NCBI RefSeq assembly: GCF_001194135.2
Contig: NC_068982.1
Span: 61,622,867 to 61,686,866, forward strand
DNA: 64,000 bases
Reading direction: 5' to 3'
Source: Octopus bimaculoides
Lineage: Eukaryota
A model generated the notes under the pieces. The model searched no databases and was not told the origin of the DNA. It was given only the letters and a program-made list of their open reading frames with translations. Below, in pieces: positions 61,731 through 64,000 of the stretch (position 1 is its first letter; the number at the start of each line of letters is the position of its first letter). Position numbers and translations under genes: made by a program.

Positions 61731-62114
61731 TTACCAACTCTTGTATAAACTATTTCTATGATTAGTGAGTAATTAACTGTCTGGACACAGCTTTGTCTAT
61801 CCTCTCTACTGTACGTGTTTCCATTCATTTGTTCCTAAAAACACTGCACTTCTTTATACCATTAGCATCAGAGCTATTTCTTTTGGGTTATAGTTTTTAA
61901 ACTGAAAGCCATGCCGCAAGTAGACTGAGCCATATTAACTAAAAGCGGGTAGCACTTAGCCTGTCAATACTGTCAAGTTTGATGTTGGGGTACTGAATGA
62001 TGGGGAAGCCAGCCAAAGAATTTACGTGCTCTCATCTTATCTTCAGTCATTGATATGAAATAATAGCATTAAAAAGCTTAAAGAAATGGAAAAATAGACC
62101 ATAGACCAAAGACA

Positions 62115-62157
<43 letters not shown>
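62115..62157. repeat. (AAT)n microsatellite
   Basis: Direct inspection. Confidence 0.95.
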
Positions 62158-64000
62158 GAATGAAGCACACTCTTTGAGTCCATTTAGTACAAATATTTGG
62201 AATTAATCCTCTGAATGGAGAATATGTGTGTTTCTTGTTGTACCAAAGCTGAATAAGATTTAACTATGTTGAAATCATAATCCTTTGGTATTCAATTCAA
62301 AATTGCATGTTCTCTCTCTCGGGGTTTTTAGCCAACAGAATTTCCTTGTATGAAAACTTAGCATTTATTTATCATCATCGTCATTGCTGTTATCATCATC
62401 ATATGTATGCATTTCCATGTTAGTTTGGGCTGGAAGTGCTCACAGCACCTTGACTCTAGTTACATTTGTTCATCATGTTGAAAATATCACAAAGAAGCAT
62501 GACAAGAGGTAAGGTCAATTTTGGCTCAAAGCAGCAACATAAAAAAAATTTATCTCTTTTTGTTAGTGTGTATGTTATTATTTTTGGTATGGCTTAACCA
62601 CTTGATAACTTTCCTACCATCAACTATTTCATGTTGATGGGTTGGATGCATTTTTGTGGGTTGGATGCATTTTTTATCATGCTTATAGCACTTGAGAGAT
62701 TGTCTGTGATAAAACTGATGAGTCTTTTCTATCCTGCATCAATTTTATTTAAAGTTACAGCTCTCCTAGACTGGTTGCTGTTGCTGCCACTTTTTGATAT
62801 TCACACTTCCCCTCTCCATTCATTCTTTTTTTTAAATTCATATGCTTTATGGTATTTTTATATTATTTGTGTCTTCATAACAATAAATTGAATGGAAAGA
62901 TAAACAATTTTAATAAATGGATTTCTTTTTTCACTGTTTTACAAATTTTTGTTTCAGTTTAGCTTTGATCAGGTAGATAATTTATCCAGGAAGAAATTGT
63001 CCAATGCGTCCTTCTTTTTTAAAGGTAGTAAAATATGGTTTGAGGGGAGTTTGTTTGCAATTTTTAACAGCTTCAGTGACCACATAGAAGTTCCCTTGTT
63101 GACTCAACATGTATTTTTCTGAGTTAAGCTATTGGGAACAGGGAAGGTAAACTCTAATGATTATATTACTAATACTGAGATTAACTTGAAAGTAAATTAA
63201 TTGTAAGCTGTCATGGGAAGATCGTAGAGCAAATGAACAATATTTGCATTATTAAATAGCTAAATGACTGACTGTCATTTAGGAGAAGGAGCAGAAGACA
63301 GCAGCAAAGAGTGATAACCTGAAGGATCACTTGAACAAACATAAAATAATGGTAGCAGACCTACTTTTACTTGCACAGGACCAGAGAGTGCAAACTATTA
63401 TGTGTTGAGGCCTGGTGTTCCCAATGGAGTGGGCCAAACCAATCATTATAAGTAGGTTATTTCTGAAAATTTGCCTATTGTTAAGAGAAATGTCACTACT
63501 TCTCAACCATAAACTAGGACAGGAAACTGTTAGTCAGCCATGCTATCTTAGCCAAGGAGAGATATGTGTCTTGCCCATTGGCGCAAAAGAATGACTGAAG
63601 TGATAAAGTTTAACTTCATGACTTTGTAGTCCGGAATCTGACATCTCGACTATACTGCCGCTGTTTGTGATAATGTTCTTTAATTAATTTTTAAAAGACA
63701 AAACAAAATGACAAAAATCAAACTCAAGTGCAAAATGAATCTCTATCATAGAAAATCTTTACTGAAAGGAATCTATCGATGAGGAATCTTTACTTCTTTG
63801 AGAACTTAGTAGCATGATGATATCTATAAAGTTTTTAAATTTTGAGAAGCAGCAGAACCATAATCTGTAATCTATAGATTTATTTGAAAGAAGGCAAATT
63901 ACTAATTATTCTATAATTTATTTTCAGGGACTCTTCTTTACTTTTTTTCTCTGGAAAAATAATTAACTTCCAATGAAAAGCAGTAGCCAAATAAATAACA

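Noticed and set aside
63280-63410. Possible exon EKEQKTAAKSDNLKDHLNKHK (zinc-finger-like)
   Set aside because: No CxxC, weak donor, no supporting neighbouring exons
1-64000. CRISPR arrays, rRNA genes or prokaryotic operons
   Set aside because: None seen; recurring repeats are dispersed SINE/LINE copies or microsatellites, not repeat-spacer arrays

Overview
AT-rich eukaryotic (animal) DNA with six N-gaps (15446-16380, 18207-18216, 35492-35828, 40066-40090, 48390-49097, 58159-58311) and many microsatellites. The repeats look like those of an octopus/coleoid cephalopod (inferred from the tRNA-derived SINE families and the RTE LINE with (GAT)n tails; not verified). No host protein-coding exon could be supported: nearly every recognisable coding stretch is a decayed transposable element. 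Retroelements: RTE LINEs, CR1/Jockey-type LINE pieces, an R4/Dong-like RLE element in (AAT)n, Penelope GIY-YIG remnants. DNA elements: Tc1/mariner (DD34D and DD41D-like), pogo-like, two hAT Buster/SPIN-like, a FLYWCH-MULE, Helitron pieces, several MITEs and two long foldbacks. At least four SINE families occur, named here A-D. A CpG-rich zone at ~14.8-17.8 kb with consensus splice donors may be a promoter/5' end, making the rest intronic. Best finding: a 481-bp unit bounded by 45-bp direct repeats (2195-2720) carries a near-canonical type I hammerhead ribozyme (2405-2479) with a palindromic helix III, i.e. a retrozyme/Penelope-pLTR-like element. Two more variant hammerhead-like motifs lie at ~7.2 kb and ~33.4/34.1 kb. 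All family assignments come from motif recognition by eye; no database search was run.
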